Shown piece after piece: positions 36,109 to 44,643 of a DNA stretch of 64,000 nt. Location of the stretch: NCBI GenBank assembly GCA_028718225.1, contig JAQUMI010000002.1:16-64015 (forward strand), written 5' to 3'. This stretch comes from Candidatus Omnitrophota bacterium (lineage in GTDB: Bacteria; Omnitrophota; Gorgyraeia; Gygaellales; Profunditerraquicolaceae). Position 1 is the stretch's first letter. Each line of letters opens with the position of its first letter. The position numbers and the translations under genes were made by a program. The notes below the pieces were generated by a model. It was not told the DNA's origin. It worked only from the letters and a program-made list of their open reading frames with translations, and ran no database searches.

Positions 36109-37956
36109 ATGAAAAATACTACTAGGAGATTAATTATTGCAGGGTTATTGCTTTGTGCCCTGCCGGGTATTGCCAAGGCAGAAGATGTTGATTTGGATAA
36201 AATAGTCGTTACTCCCTCCAGGATAGAAGAATCCTCCGCAGATGTCGGCCGCACAGTTGACGTAATTACCTCCAGGGATATGGAAAGAAGCGGGGCGCAA
36301 AATTTAGCCGATGCCCTTACTGAACTTACTTCCGTTGAGATAAGTAATTATGGCGGGCCGGGCACAGACAAAAACATAAGAATGCGCGGTTCAACTGCCA
36401 GCCAGGTATTGGTTTTAATGGACGGTCGGCCAATAAATAACCCGCGTGACGGCCAGGCAGACTTGTCTGCTGTCCCCTTAGATAATATATCCCGGGTTGA
36501 AGTTATGCATGGCCCGGGCTCAAGCCTTTACGGAAGTTCAGCAATGGGAGGTGTGGTCAATATCATTACCCGGCAACCGCCTAAAGAAGGGCAGAAAACC
36601 GAGCTTTACTCTAGTTTCGGCACTGCCCGGACTTACATAGAACGCCTCTCACATGGAGCAAGAATATCCAATTTCGGATATCTCATCAGCGGAAAATACC
36701 AGAGTTCAGCGGGTTTTCGTTCCAATTCTGCTCTTAACGCCTCAGATTGTAACCTTAAGCTGGATTATGATTTCAATAGCCAGAATAATATAAAACTAAA
36801 TTCAGGATTCTATAAAAGCAAACTAGGCACACCGGGTCCGATAACTGCGCCTGACCCGGATGATAAACAAAATACCTTGAAGCGTTTTTTTGATTTTAAC
36901 TGGAATTTTAAACCAGATGAGCAAACAGGTATGTCAGCTAGGGTTTATCAGAATTACGACCGTTTGGAATTCCTAGAGAATTCTTCCGACGGATGGAATT
37001 CCGACAATCAAAAAGATATACATACCACTACCGTTAGAGGTATAGATTTGCAGTTTGATAAACAGTTGTTAGATGTTTATAGGATAGTATGCGGATTAAA
37101 TTATGTGAAAAATATGAATGATAGCACCACTAGCGCAAAACATGAATATAATGTGACTTCAGGTTATTTAGAAAACCGCCTAGATTTATTTGATAATAAA
37201 CTAAACATTAATCTTAGTGCGCGCCTTGATGATTATTCTAATTTTGATATGGAAATTAACCCCAGCCTAGACTTTCTGTATAAACTTAACGAGGTTATAA
37301 AATTTCATGGTTTAATTAGTCGCTCTTACCGAGTTCCTACTTTTAATGATCTATACTGGCCTAATGCAGATGGCATGATAGGTAATCCTAATCTGAAGCC
37401 TGAAAAAGGAGTAACCGGAGAGTTGGGCGTTGAAACAAAAGTCAATAAATATTTTACATCAGGGTTAACTTATTTTTGTAGCGATTATAAACAGCTTATA
37501 CAGTGGTCTTACAACCCAACTACTATGATGACGCAGCCAGAAAATATTAGTTCTGCTGTAATTAACGGTATAGAATTTGAAAATAAAATATTTATTTCAG
37601 ATAAGATTGACCTTAATCTTAATTATACTTATCTGATGGCCAGGGACGAAGATACTCATAAGTATCTTGTTTACCAACCGAAAAATAAGCTAGATGCTTG
37701 CTTGAAATATCATGACTATAATGGATTGACAGTCGAATTAAAAGGCCAATTTACAGGGATAAGGTTTGCCGACGCTAATAATAACGACAAGGTCAAAAGT
37801 TTTTTTGTCTTAGGGCTTAGCGTATCAAAAAAAATCAAACCCGGTTTAACCTGCTTCGCCTACATTGATAACCTTTTAAACCGTAAATATCAGGTTATGC
37901 AGGGTTATCCGATGCCGGGTTTTTCTTTTACCGGCGGCTTGAAGGCTGAATTTTGA
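36109..37956 (+). CDS. btuB: TonB-dependent outer-membrane receptor (BtuB-like)
   Basis: The track ORF starts at GTG 35986 inside the riboswitch. I prefer ATG 36109, which gives the signal peptide MKNTTRRLIIAGLLLCALPGIAKA. Also present: the TonB box DKIVVTPSR, a plug domain and the terminal aromatic residue ...LKAEF. Confidence 0.82.
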   Translation: MKNTTRRLIIAGLLLCALPGIAKAEDVDLDKIVVTPSRIEESSADVGRTVDVITSRDMERSGAQNLADALTELTSVEISNYGGPGTDKNIRMRGSTASQVLVLMDGRPINNPRDGQADLSAVPLDNISRVEVMHGPGSSLYGSSAMGGVVNIITRQPPKEGQKTELYSSFGTARTYIERLSHGARISNFGYLISGKYQSSAGFRSNSALNASDCNLKLDYDFNSQNNIKLNSGFYKSKLGTPGPITAPDPDDKQNTLKRFFDFNWNFKPDEQTGMSARVYQNYDRLEFLENSSDGWNSDNQKDIHTTTVRGIDLQFDKQLLDVYRIVCGLNYVKNMNDSTTSAKHEYNVTSGYLENRLDLFDNKLNINLSARLDDYSNFDMEINPSLDFLYKLNEVIKFHGLISRSYRVPTFNDLYWPNADGMIGNPNLKPEKGVTGELGVETKVNKYFTSGLTYFCSDYKQLIQWSYNPTTMMTQPENISSAVINGIEFENKIFISDKIDLNLNYTYLMARDEDTHKYLVYQPKNKLDACLKYHDYNGLTVELKGQFTGIRFADANNNDKVKSFFVLGLSVSKKIKPGLTCFAYIDNLLNRKYQVMQGYPMPGFSFTGGLKAEF

Positions 37957-37966
37957 AAGTAGACTA

Positions 37967-38034
37967 AAAGGGGACGGTTTTATCTTTTTCTAGTTGTATT
38001 ATTGAAAAATAGAACCGTCCCCTTTATTTTCCTT
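37967..38034 (+). terminator. Rho-independent terminator after btuB
   Basis: AAAGGGGACGGTT (37967-79) pairs with AACCGTCCCCTTT (38013-25), with an inner TTTTTC/GAAAAA helix, followed by ATTTTCCTTTT. Confidence 0.75.
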
Positions 38035-38051
38035 TTCTAAAAACAAATTTA

Positions 38052-38060
38052 TGTTAAGAT
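38052..38060 (+). promoter_or_regulatory. Extended -10 promoter element TGtTAAGAT for the tonB-like gene
   Basis: The hexamer at 38055-38060 puts the predicted +1 at about 38067, the A of the ATG. There is no SD. Confidence 0.45.
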
Positions 38061-38066
38061 AAAACC

Positions 38067-38753
38067 ATGTTCACTAATCGCACACTTAAACTGGCTTTTT
38101 TGGTTTCCCTGGCATTGCACACAACTGTAATGTTTCAGAATCCGGGGTATATATTTTTCCCTTCTACGGGAAAAAGCCAGAAAATAGAAGTAAATTATAT
38201 TAAACCGCTAAAAGCAATAAAAACGGAAACCAAAAAAACCAGCCTTAGCCGGAATGAACCGTTCCTGAAATTGCCGGCAAAGATTAGTATGGATAAAAGG
38301 ACTCCCCCGCCGTTTGTAAACAGGGAGGAGGCCTCTAAAGCCGCTTTGCAGGTAATGCCTAAAGAGCCTATCTTTGACAAGCCCGCTGGGCTGCTTAAAC
38401 CGGATACCATCGCGATCAAAAAAAAGATTACTCTTCCGGCGGTAGCTTTGGAAAAAATCACCAATCCTTCCTATATAAGCTACTATCAGGTTGTACGCGA
38501 AAAGATCCGCCGGTCAGCCTACCAGAACTATAACCGCAATGAAACAGGGGAAGTCTACATTACTTTTATCATCTCGGATGCGGGATACCTCAAAGGCGTA
38601 CGTTTAGTAGAAGAGAAGTCGCGGGCAACGCCTTACCTGAAGAATATTGCTTTAGCCAGCGTAAAAAACGCTTCTCCTTTTCCGCGTTTCCCCAAAGAAT
38701 TAGACTACTTTCAACTCTCCTTTAACGTAGTCATCTCTTTTGAAGTAGAATAA
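38067..38753 (+). CDS. tonB: TonB-like energy transducer
   Basis: 228 aa. N-terminal TM with an SxxxH motif (SLALH), a Pro/Lys-rich linker, and a C-terminal domain (GEVYITFIISDAGYLKGVRLV...ASPFPRFP) resembling TonB_C. Confidence 0.6.
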   Translation: MFTNRTLKLAFLVSLALHTTVMFQNPGYIFFPSTGKSQKIEVNYIKPLKAIKTETKKTSLSRNEPFLKLPAKISMDKRTPPPFVNREEASKAALQVMPKEPIFDKPAGLLKPDTIAIKKKITLPAVALEKITNPSYISYYQVVREKIRRSAYQNYNRNETGEVYITFIISDAGYLKGVRLVEEKSRATPYLKNIALASVKNASPFPRFPKELDYFQLSFNVVISFEVE

Positions 38754-38773
38754 ACGATAACCCTATAAAATAC

Positions 38774-38802
38774 TTGATTTTATGTCTATTTAAAGATATA
38801 AT
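38774..38802 (+). promoter_or_regulatory. Putative sigma70 promoter for ftsH
   Basis: TTGATT (38774-79), a 17-nt spacer, TATAAT (38797-802). An AAGGAAAGG SD precedes ATG 38840. Confidence 0.55.
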
Positions 38803-38839
38803 TAAATTTCTATAAATGTTGCTAAAGGAAAGGTAAACC

Positions 38840-40672
38840 ATGGCAAAGAAAAATGTCTTTAAACGTTCACCGTTTGGCTGGATTCTGGCAATAATCATCT
38901 TTTTTATCCTGATAAATTCTTTCAATGTCCCGATGAGCGGGATGCCTAAAGAGGTATCTTACGGGGCATTTTTCGCTATCCTGAAGAATAACCCGGAAAA
39001 AATTAAAACCGTAACCAAGGTGGAGAATATCCTCCAGGGTGAATTTACGGATAACTCCAAGTTCCTGGTTAATATTCCGGATAATGATACGGAGCTGCTT
39101 AGCCTTATGCGCCAAAACGTCAAATCTTTTGATGTCAAGCCTCCGCGCACATTCTGGACATCCCTAATTTTTAATCTGGGCCCCATCTTTCTTTTAATAT
39201 TTTTCTGGTGGATGATGGCTGCCCGCGGAGAGCAATTAGGCAATAAGATTATGACTTTCGGTAAAGTTGCCCCTAAAGTCCACGCCGGAGCGGAAAAAGT
39301 TACTTTTAACGATGTTGCGGGCGTAGATGAAGCCAAGGAAGAACTTAAAGAAGTTATTGAATTCTTAAAAGACCCTAAGAGATTCCAGAAGTTAGGGGGG
39401 AAAATCCCTAAAGGCGTTTTGCTCGTCGGGCCGCCGGGTTGCGGAAAGACACTGATTGCTAAAGCCGTAGCCGGGGAGGCGGGAGTCCCGTTTTTTTCTA
39501 TCAGCGGTTCGGACTTCGTGGAGATGTTTGTAGGCGTAGGCGCATCCCGCGTACGCGATCTATTTGAACAGGGCAGGCGCGCTGCCAAAACTACCGGCAA
39601 CAAGGGTGCGATTATTTTTATCGATGAAATAGATGCGGTCGGGCGCTTGCGTTTTTCCGGTATCGGCGGAGGCCATGACGAACGCGAGCAGACATTAAAT
39701 GCACTCCTGGTTGAAATGGACGGGTTTAATGCCATGCAGGGGCTCATTCTCATTGCCGCGACCAACCGGCCGGATACACTTGATCCGGCATTAATGCGGC
39801 CGGGAAGGTTTGACCGCAACATTATCGTGAGCTTACCGGATATTAAAGGCCGGGAAGAGATACTCAAAGTGCACACGCGTAAGATTAAACTTGCCCCGAA
39901 TGTCGATTTAAACGCAATCGCCGCGCAAAGCCCCGGGTTTTCCGGAGCTGACCTGGCTAACCTTTGCAATGAGGCAGCCCTATTGGCTGCCCGGAATGCA
40001 AAAGAGGCGGTTGAGGAAATTGACTTTGATAAATCCGTAGAGAGGGTTTTGATGGGGCCGGAAAAGAAAAGCCACATTATGTCTAAAAAAGAGAAAGAGA
40101 TTACCTCGCTTCATGAATCAGGGCATGCGCTGTTATCTTTGCTTTTACCGGAAGTTAACCCGTTAAAAAAGGTTTCGGTTATTCCGCGAGGATTAGCCGG
40201 AGGGTATACCTTTACCCCGCCCTTAGAAGACAGGCATTACTGGACAAAAAAGGAACTAATATCTGAAATTGCCATGATGCTGGGGGGCCGCGCTTCCGAA
40301 GAGCTGAATTTAAAAGAAGTAACCACGGGCGCGCAGAATGATCTAGAAATGGCTACCGGGATGGCCCGGCGTATGGTTACGCAATTCGGCATGTCGGAAA
40401 AGTTGGGGCATATAACCCTGGGCCGCCGGGAAGGCCTGGTTTTCTTGGGCAAGGATATTATGGAAGAAAAAAATTACAGTGAAGAGACAGCCCGGCTCAT
40501 CGATGAAGAAGTCAGGCGCATCATTGAAGAAGCTTATTTAAAAGCAAAAAGCCTGTTAGAGCAAAATTTAGATAAATTAAAAATCCTCTCTAACGCTCTC
40601 CTGGAAAAAGAAGTCTTAAGCGGAGCAGAAGTAAAGAAGTTGCTGGGAATAGAAAAAAATGACCTTGCCTAA
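38840..40672 (+). CDS. ftsH: ATP-dependent zinc metalloprotease FtsH
   Basis: 610 aa with Walker A GPPGCGKT, the AAA SRH region and the zinc site HESGHAL. Confidence 0.97.
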   Translation: MAKKNVFKRSPFGWILAIIIFFILINSFNVPMSGMPKEVSYGAFFAILKNNPEKIKTVTKVENILQGEFTDNSKFLVNIPDNDTELLSLMRQNVKSFDVKPPRTFWTSLIFNLGPIFLLIFFWWMMAARGEQLGNKIMTFGKVAPKVHAGAEKVTFNDVAGVDEAKEELKEVIEFLKDPKRFQKLGGKIPKGVLLVGPPGCGKTLIAKAVAGEAGVPFFSISGSDFVEMFVGVGASRVRDLFEQGRRAAKTTGNKGAIIFIDEIDAVGRLRFSGIGGGHDEREQTLNALLVEMDGFNAMQGLILIAATNRPDTLDPALMRPGRFDRNIIVSLPDIKGREEILKVHTRKIKLAPNVDLNAIAAQSPGFSGADLANLCNEAALLAARNAKEAVEEIDFDKSVERVLMGPEKKSHIMSKKEKEITSLHESGHALLSLLLPEVNPLKKVSVIPRGLAGGYTFTPPLEDRHYWTKKELISEIAMMLGGRASEELNLKEVTTGAQNDLEMATGMARRMVTQFGMSEKLGHITLGRREGLVFLGKDIMEEKNYSEETARLIDEEVRRIIEEAYLKAKSLLEQNLDKLKILSNALLEKEVLSGAEVKKLLGIEKNDLA

Positions 40673-41864
40673 ACCTAAGGGTATGCGCATTTTAAGCGCA
40701 ACAAAGGAAAAAGATTTAAAGCAGGTTATGCAAGATATCCAGGTTGACCCCTACGGAATCAAGATTATGCTGCCTAAAGCTCAGGGGTATATTTTAAAAA
40801 TCAATGCCTTAAATAATATATCCGCCAATATCCTCAAGCAGGAGATGCTTTCCTTGGGGGGTGATGTGGCGGTTAGCCGCAATGCCTTAACCGGTAAAGC
40901 CAGAAAAACGGATTGTTTAATTATGGGCAACCTTGCTCAATTGGGCAGCTTGAGCAATAAATTACATAAGCAGCCATTTGGCCTGGAGAGGCTGGCTAGA
41001 GATTTGAGCCTGGCTCTAAAAAATTACCGGCGGGAAAATCTTACCCTGGACCTGGGCAGGCATAGGCTTTGCCTGGGAGCACGTTCGCATATAATGGGCA
41101 TTGTTAATGTTACTCCGGATTCGTTCAGCGGAGACGGATTTGGCGATAAACGCAAAGCCGTTGAATACGCCGAGAAGCTGGTCCGGGACGGCGCGGATAT
41201 CCTGGACGTGGGAGGCGAATCTTCCCGCCCGGGCGCAAAACCGGTTTCGGTCAAAGTAGAACTCTTAAGGACCATACCCGTAATTAAGGCCCTGGTCAGA
41301 AAAATCAAAGTGCCTGTATCGGTAGATACCTGCAAGGCAGAAGTTGCCCGTCAGGCTTTGGATAACGGCGCGAGTTTAGTTAATGACATAACCGGATTAA
41401 AAAATATAAAAATAGCCAAAATTGCCAGCCGTTATAAGGCCGGGGTAGTGATTATGCATATGCGGGGTAACCCGCGTTCAATGCAAAAAAAACCTCAATA
41501 CCTGTGTTTAATCGATGAAATTATTGCCTACTTAGCCGAAGCTATAGATAGAGGAGTGGCAGCCGGAATAGCTAAAGAAAAAATTATTATTGATCCGGGT
41601 ATTGGTTTTGGCAAAACCCTGGAGCATAATCTGGAAATATTAAAGAGACTAAGAGAGTTTAAGGTTTTTGGCTTACCGATTCTATCCGGGACTTCGCGTA
41701 AGGCATTTATCGGTAAAATACTGAATGCCCCACCGGAGAAGAGGATTTTTGGTACGCTAGCCTCCTGTGTTGTAGCGAGTGAGAATGGAGCGGATATTGT
41801 CAGGGTCCACGATGTGAAAGCGGTAAAACAGGCTTTACTAATTAAAGACAGGATAAGGGAATGA
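40659..41864 (+). CDS. folP: Dihydropteroate synthase with an uncharacterised N-terminal extension of about 120-135 aa
   Basis: 401 aa. The DHPS core begins near IMGIVNVTPDSFSGDG (about aa 145); DVGGESSRPG and GTSRKAF are present. Confidence 0.88.
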   Translation: MTLPKPKGMRILSATKEKDLKQVMQDIQVDPYGIKIMLPKAQGYILKINALNNISANILKQEMLSLGGDVAVSRNALTGKARKTDCLIMGNLAQLGSLSNKLHKQPFGLERLARDLSLALKNYRRENLTLDLGRHRLCLGARSHIMGIVNVTPDSFSGDGFGDKRKAVEYAEKLVRDGADILDVGGESSRPGAKPVSVKVELLRTIPVIKALVRKIKVPVSVDTCKAEVARQALDNGASLVNDITGLKNIKIAKIASRYKAGVVIMHMRGNPRSMQKKPQYLCLIDEIIAYLAEAIDRGVAAGIAKEKIIIDPGIGFGKTLEHNLEILKRLREFKVFGLPILSGTSRKAFIGKILNAPPEKRIFGTLASCVVASENGADIVRVHDVKAVKQALLIKDRIRE

Positions 41865-42622
41865 ATTTGGCCGATATTTTTTTCCATTGGAAAGCTATAA
41901 TTGAAATACTAATTTTATGGTTTGTACTTTACCAGGTGATGCTTTTTTTTGAAGGTACGCGCGCCATCCAGGTTGTACGCGGAATAGCGCTTATCCTGGT
42001 CGCCTTTTTCTTTTTTCAAAAGCTGGGCCTGGAAAGATTAGACTGGCTGTTCAGAAACTTTTTCGCTACTTCGGTTATCGCCCTATTGATCATCTTCCAT
42101 CCCGAAATAAGACAGGGCCTGGCCCGGCTGGGCCAGCGTAATATCTTTGTAAGCGCTATGGACGAGGAAGAATTGGACCAGATGCTTAAAGAAATATGCA
42201 AGGCCGTCGAGAGCCTTTCCGGTTATAAAATTGGTGCCTTGATTGCCGTAGAGATGAATGATTCGCTCTCGGGATACGTAGAAAGCGGCGTGCTTATCGA
42301 TTCTAAAATTTCTTCAGAATTAATTCAGGCAATATTCACGCCCAACAATCCGTTGCATGACGGCGGATTGATTATCCAGCACGGCAGGATTACCAGTGCC
42401 GGAGCGCTTTTTCCGCTTGTGCAAAGGCTCGATATTGACCGTATATTTGGGACGCGCCACCGGGCCGCTTTGGGGCTGAGCGAAGAGACCGACGCGCTTA
42501 TAATTGTAGTTTCTGAGGAAAGACAGGACATCTCTCTGGTTTACCGGGGAAAATTACATTCTAATTTAAACCACGAAAATTTATTCCTGCAGGCTAAAGA
42601 AATAATCAAGGCGAGGAAATAA
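41861..42622 (+). CDS. cdaA: Diadenylate cyclase CdaA (DisA_N domain, membrane-anchored)
   Basis: 253 aa with three N-terminal TM segments, HDGGLII and GTRHRAALGLSEETDA. Confidence 0.9.
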   Translation: MNLADIFFHWKAIIEILILWFVLYQVMLFFEGTRAIQVVRGIALILVAFFFFQKLGLERLDWLFRNFFATSVIALLIIFHPEIRQGLARLGQRNIFVSAMDEEELDQMLKEICKAVESLSGYKIGALIAVEMNDSLSGYVESGVLIDSKISSELIQAIFTPNNPLHDGGLIIQHGRITSAGALFPLVQRLDIDRIFGTRHRAALGLSEETDALIIVVSEERQDISLVYRGKLHSNLNHENLFLQAKEIIKARK

Positions 42623-42623
42623 A

Positions 42624-42761
42624 ATGGCTAAGAAAAAACCGGATATTTTTTACAGGATCCTGCATATATTCACCTGTCATCCCTGGCTTAAGCTTATATC
42701 TTTGGTCCTGGCGGTGATTGTCTGGCTTTATATAAAAGAAGAGATGTTTATCGCACAATGA
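42624..42761 (+). CDS. 46-aa single-TM protein resembling only the N-terminal anchor of CdaR/YbbR
   Basis: Not in the ORF track. ATG 42624 to TGA 42759-61 encodes MAKKKPDIFYRILHIFTCHPWLKLISLVLAVIVWLYIKEEMFIAQ, in the position cdaR normally occupies after cdaA. Confidence 0.5.
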   Translation: MAKKKPDIFYRILHIFTCHPWLKLISLVLAVIVWLYIKEEMFIAQ

Positions 42762-42765
42762 AATT

Positions 42766-43476
42766 ATGCGTTTAGGCGTAAATATAGACCATATCGCTAC
42801 TTTAAGGCAAGCCCGGGGAGGACTAGAACCTGAACCGGTTTTTGGCGCATTAATAGCAGAGGCCGCCGGGGCGGATGCGATTGTCGCACACTTAAGGGAA
42901 GACCAAAGGCATATCAAGGATAAGGATATTTTTTTACTAAAAGAAGTAGTCAATACGCGGTTTAACCTGGAAATGTCTATTGCACCCGAAATTATAAGAG
43001 TTGCCTCCAAGATTAAGCCTGACCAGGCAACTTTAGTGCCTGAGAGAAGGCGGGAGCTGACTACGGAAGGCGGTTTAAATGTTGTGAAAAAGCAGAAAAA
43101 AATAGGGCAAGCCGTGAAAAAATTAGAAACAGCGGGTATTGAGGTAAGCTTATTTATTGATCCTAATAAAAATCAAATTCGCGCGGCTAAAAAAACCGGC
43201 GCCAGGTTTATTGAATTGCATACCGGTGCTTATGCTAATGCCCGGACTAAGGCCGAAGAGAATAAGCGCGTTACTGAGTTGAAATCAGCGGTTGTTTTTG
43301 CCAGGGGTATCGGCCTTAGGGTTTTTGCCGGGCATGGCCTAAACTATAATAATGTCAGCAGGATAGCTGCGCTAAAAGAGATCGAGGAATTGAATATTGG
43401 CCATGCAATAATTTCCCGCGCGGTATTCTCAGGGCTCGGCCGGGCAGTAGGGGAAATGAAGGATTTAATTAAATAA
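42766..43476 (+). CDS. pdxJ: Pyridoxine 5'-phosphate synthase
   Basis: 236 aa with LGVNIDHIATLRQARG, HLREDQRHI and ELHTG. Confidence 0.95.
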   Translation: MRLGVNIDHIATLRQARGGLEPEPVFGALIAEAAGADAIVAHLREDQRHIKDKDIFLLKEVVNTRFNLEMSIAPEIIRVASKIKPDQATLVPERRRELTTEGGLNVVKKQKKIGQAVKKLETAGIEVSLFIDPNKNQIRAAKKTGARFIELHTGAYANARTKAEENKRVTELKSAVVFARGIGLRVFAGHGLNYNNVSRIAALKEIEELNIGHAIISRAVFSGLGRAVGEMKDLIK

Positions 43477-43477
43477 A

Positions 43478-43834
43478 ATGATCCTGGGAACGGGAGTAGA
43501 TATAACTGAGGTTAGCCGCATAAAAAAAGCAGCTGAAAAATGGGGCGAGGCTTTTTTAAACCGCGTGTTTACCGATGAAGAGTTGGTCAATGCCAAACTG
43601 CGGCCAAGCTTATACCAGCATCTTGCCGGGAGGTTTGCCGCTAAAGAAGCCGTATTTAAGGCCTTGGGCGAGGCGGATTTAAACTGGAAGGATATCGAGA
43701 TATTAAATGACCCGGAAGGCAAGCCCTGCTGTAAATTCTTAAACGCAAAAGGTAAAGGAAAAGATGTAATTGTTTCTATTTCCCATGTAAAAAATTATGC
43801 GGTTGCTAACGCGATTATTACCAAGAAAAACTAA
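43478..43834 (+). CDS. acpS: Holo-[acyl-carrier-protein] synthase
   Basis: 118 aa with the ILGTGVDITEV start and FAAKEAVFKALG. Confidence 0.93.
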   Translation: MILGTGVDITEVSRIKKAAEKWGEAFLNRVFTDEELVNAKLRPSLYQHLAGRFAAKEAVFKALGEADLNWKDIEILNDPEGKPCCKFLNAKGKGKDVIVSISHVKNYAVANAIITKKN

Positions 43835-44642
43835 CAGCAATAAGAATGATTTCGGTCATATTTTTATTTTAGCCGGCTCCCGGCCTTATTCGGGAGCAGC
43901 TGTCCTTTGCGCGGCAGGAGCTATGCGTTCAGGGGCAGGACTGGTGACCCTGGGGATCCCCAAGGGGCTAAATACTGCTTTAATCAAAATAAAACCTATG
44001 GAAGTTATGACCTTGCCCTTGCCGGAGACAACCAGTGGTTCTCTGAGTATCAGGGCTTATAGTAAGATAAAAGATTTTAGCCGGAAAATTGATATACTGG
44101 TTATTGGCCCGGGCTTAAGCAGGGAGAGTTCCACGCAAAGCTTAGCGCGTAAGATAATCCGTAAGCTAGCCAGGCCGATGGTCATTGACGCCGACGGCTT
44201 AAACGCCCTGTCCGGGCATTTGCAATACTTAAAAGACGGCATGGTCATCACCCCGCATCCGGGAGAAATGGCCCGTCTTTTAGGGACTAGCATAACAGAA
44301 GTACAACGGGAGAGAAAAACAATTACCGTAAATTTTTCCAGGCGTTATAAAATAACCCTGGTTTTAAAAGGGCATAATACGCTGGTAGGCGATAAAAAAG
44401 GTAATTTATATGTTAACCCGACTGGTAATCCCGGAATGGCTACCGCCGGCAGCGGAGATGTTTTGACCGGTATGATTGCCGCATTCCTGGCCCAAGGATT
44501 GGATAGTTTTAACGCTGCTAAACTTGCGGTATATGTGCACGGATTAGCCGGCGACTTAGCCGCCAGGGAAAAAACGCAAATTTCCTTGATTGCCTCGGAT
44601 ATTATTGATAAAATCCCAGAGGCAATAAAAAAGTGTAATTAA
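43797..44642 (+). CDS. nnrD: ADP/ATP-dependent NAD(P)H-hydrate dehydratase (NnrD domain only)
   Basis: 281 aa with KNDFGHIFILAGS..YSGAAVLCA and a C-terminal GSGDVLTGMIAAFLAQG. The only in-frame ATG overlaps acpS by 38 nt. Confidence 0.85.
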   Translation: MRLLTRLLPRKTNSNKNDFGHIFILAGSRPYSGAAVLCAAGAMRSGAGLVTLGIPKGLNTALIKIKPMEVMTLPLPETTSGSLSIRAYSKIKDFSRKIDILVIGPGLSRESSTQSLARKIIRKLARPMVIDADGLNALSGHLQYLKDGMVITPHPGEMARLLGTSITEVQRERKTITVNFSRRYKITLVLKGHNTLVGDKKGNLYVNPTGNPGMATAGSGDVLTGMIAAFLAQGLDSFNAAKLAVYVHGLAGDLAAREKTQISLIASDIIDKIPEAIKKCN

Positions 44643-44643
44643 T

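Noticed and set aside
38959-40077. A 372-aa ORF on the minus strand, antisense to ftsH. It is the longest minus-strand ORF in the track.
   Set aside because: It lies entirely within the unambiguous ftsH coding region. Its translation is Ser/Pro/Arg/Ala-rich low complexity with no motif, which is typical of a frame-shadow of a codon-biased gene. There is no SD or promoter.
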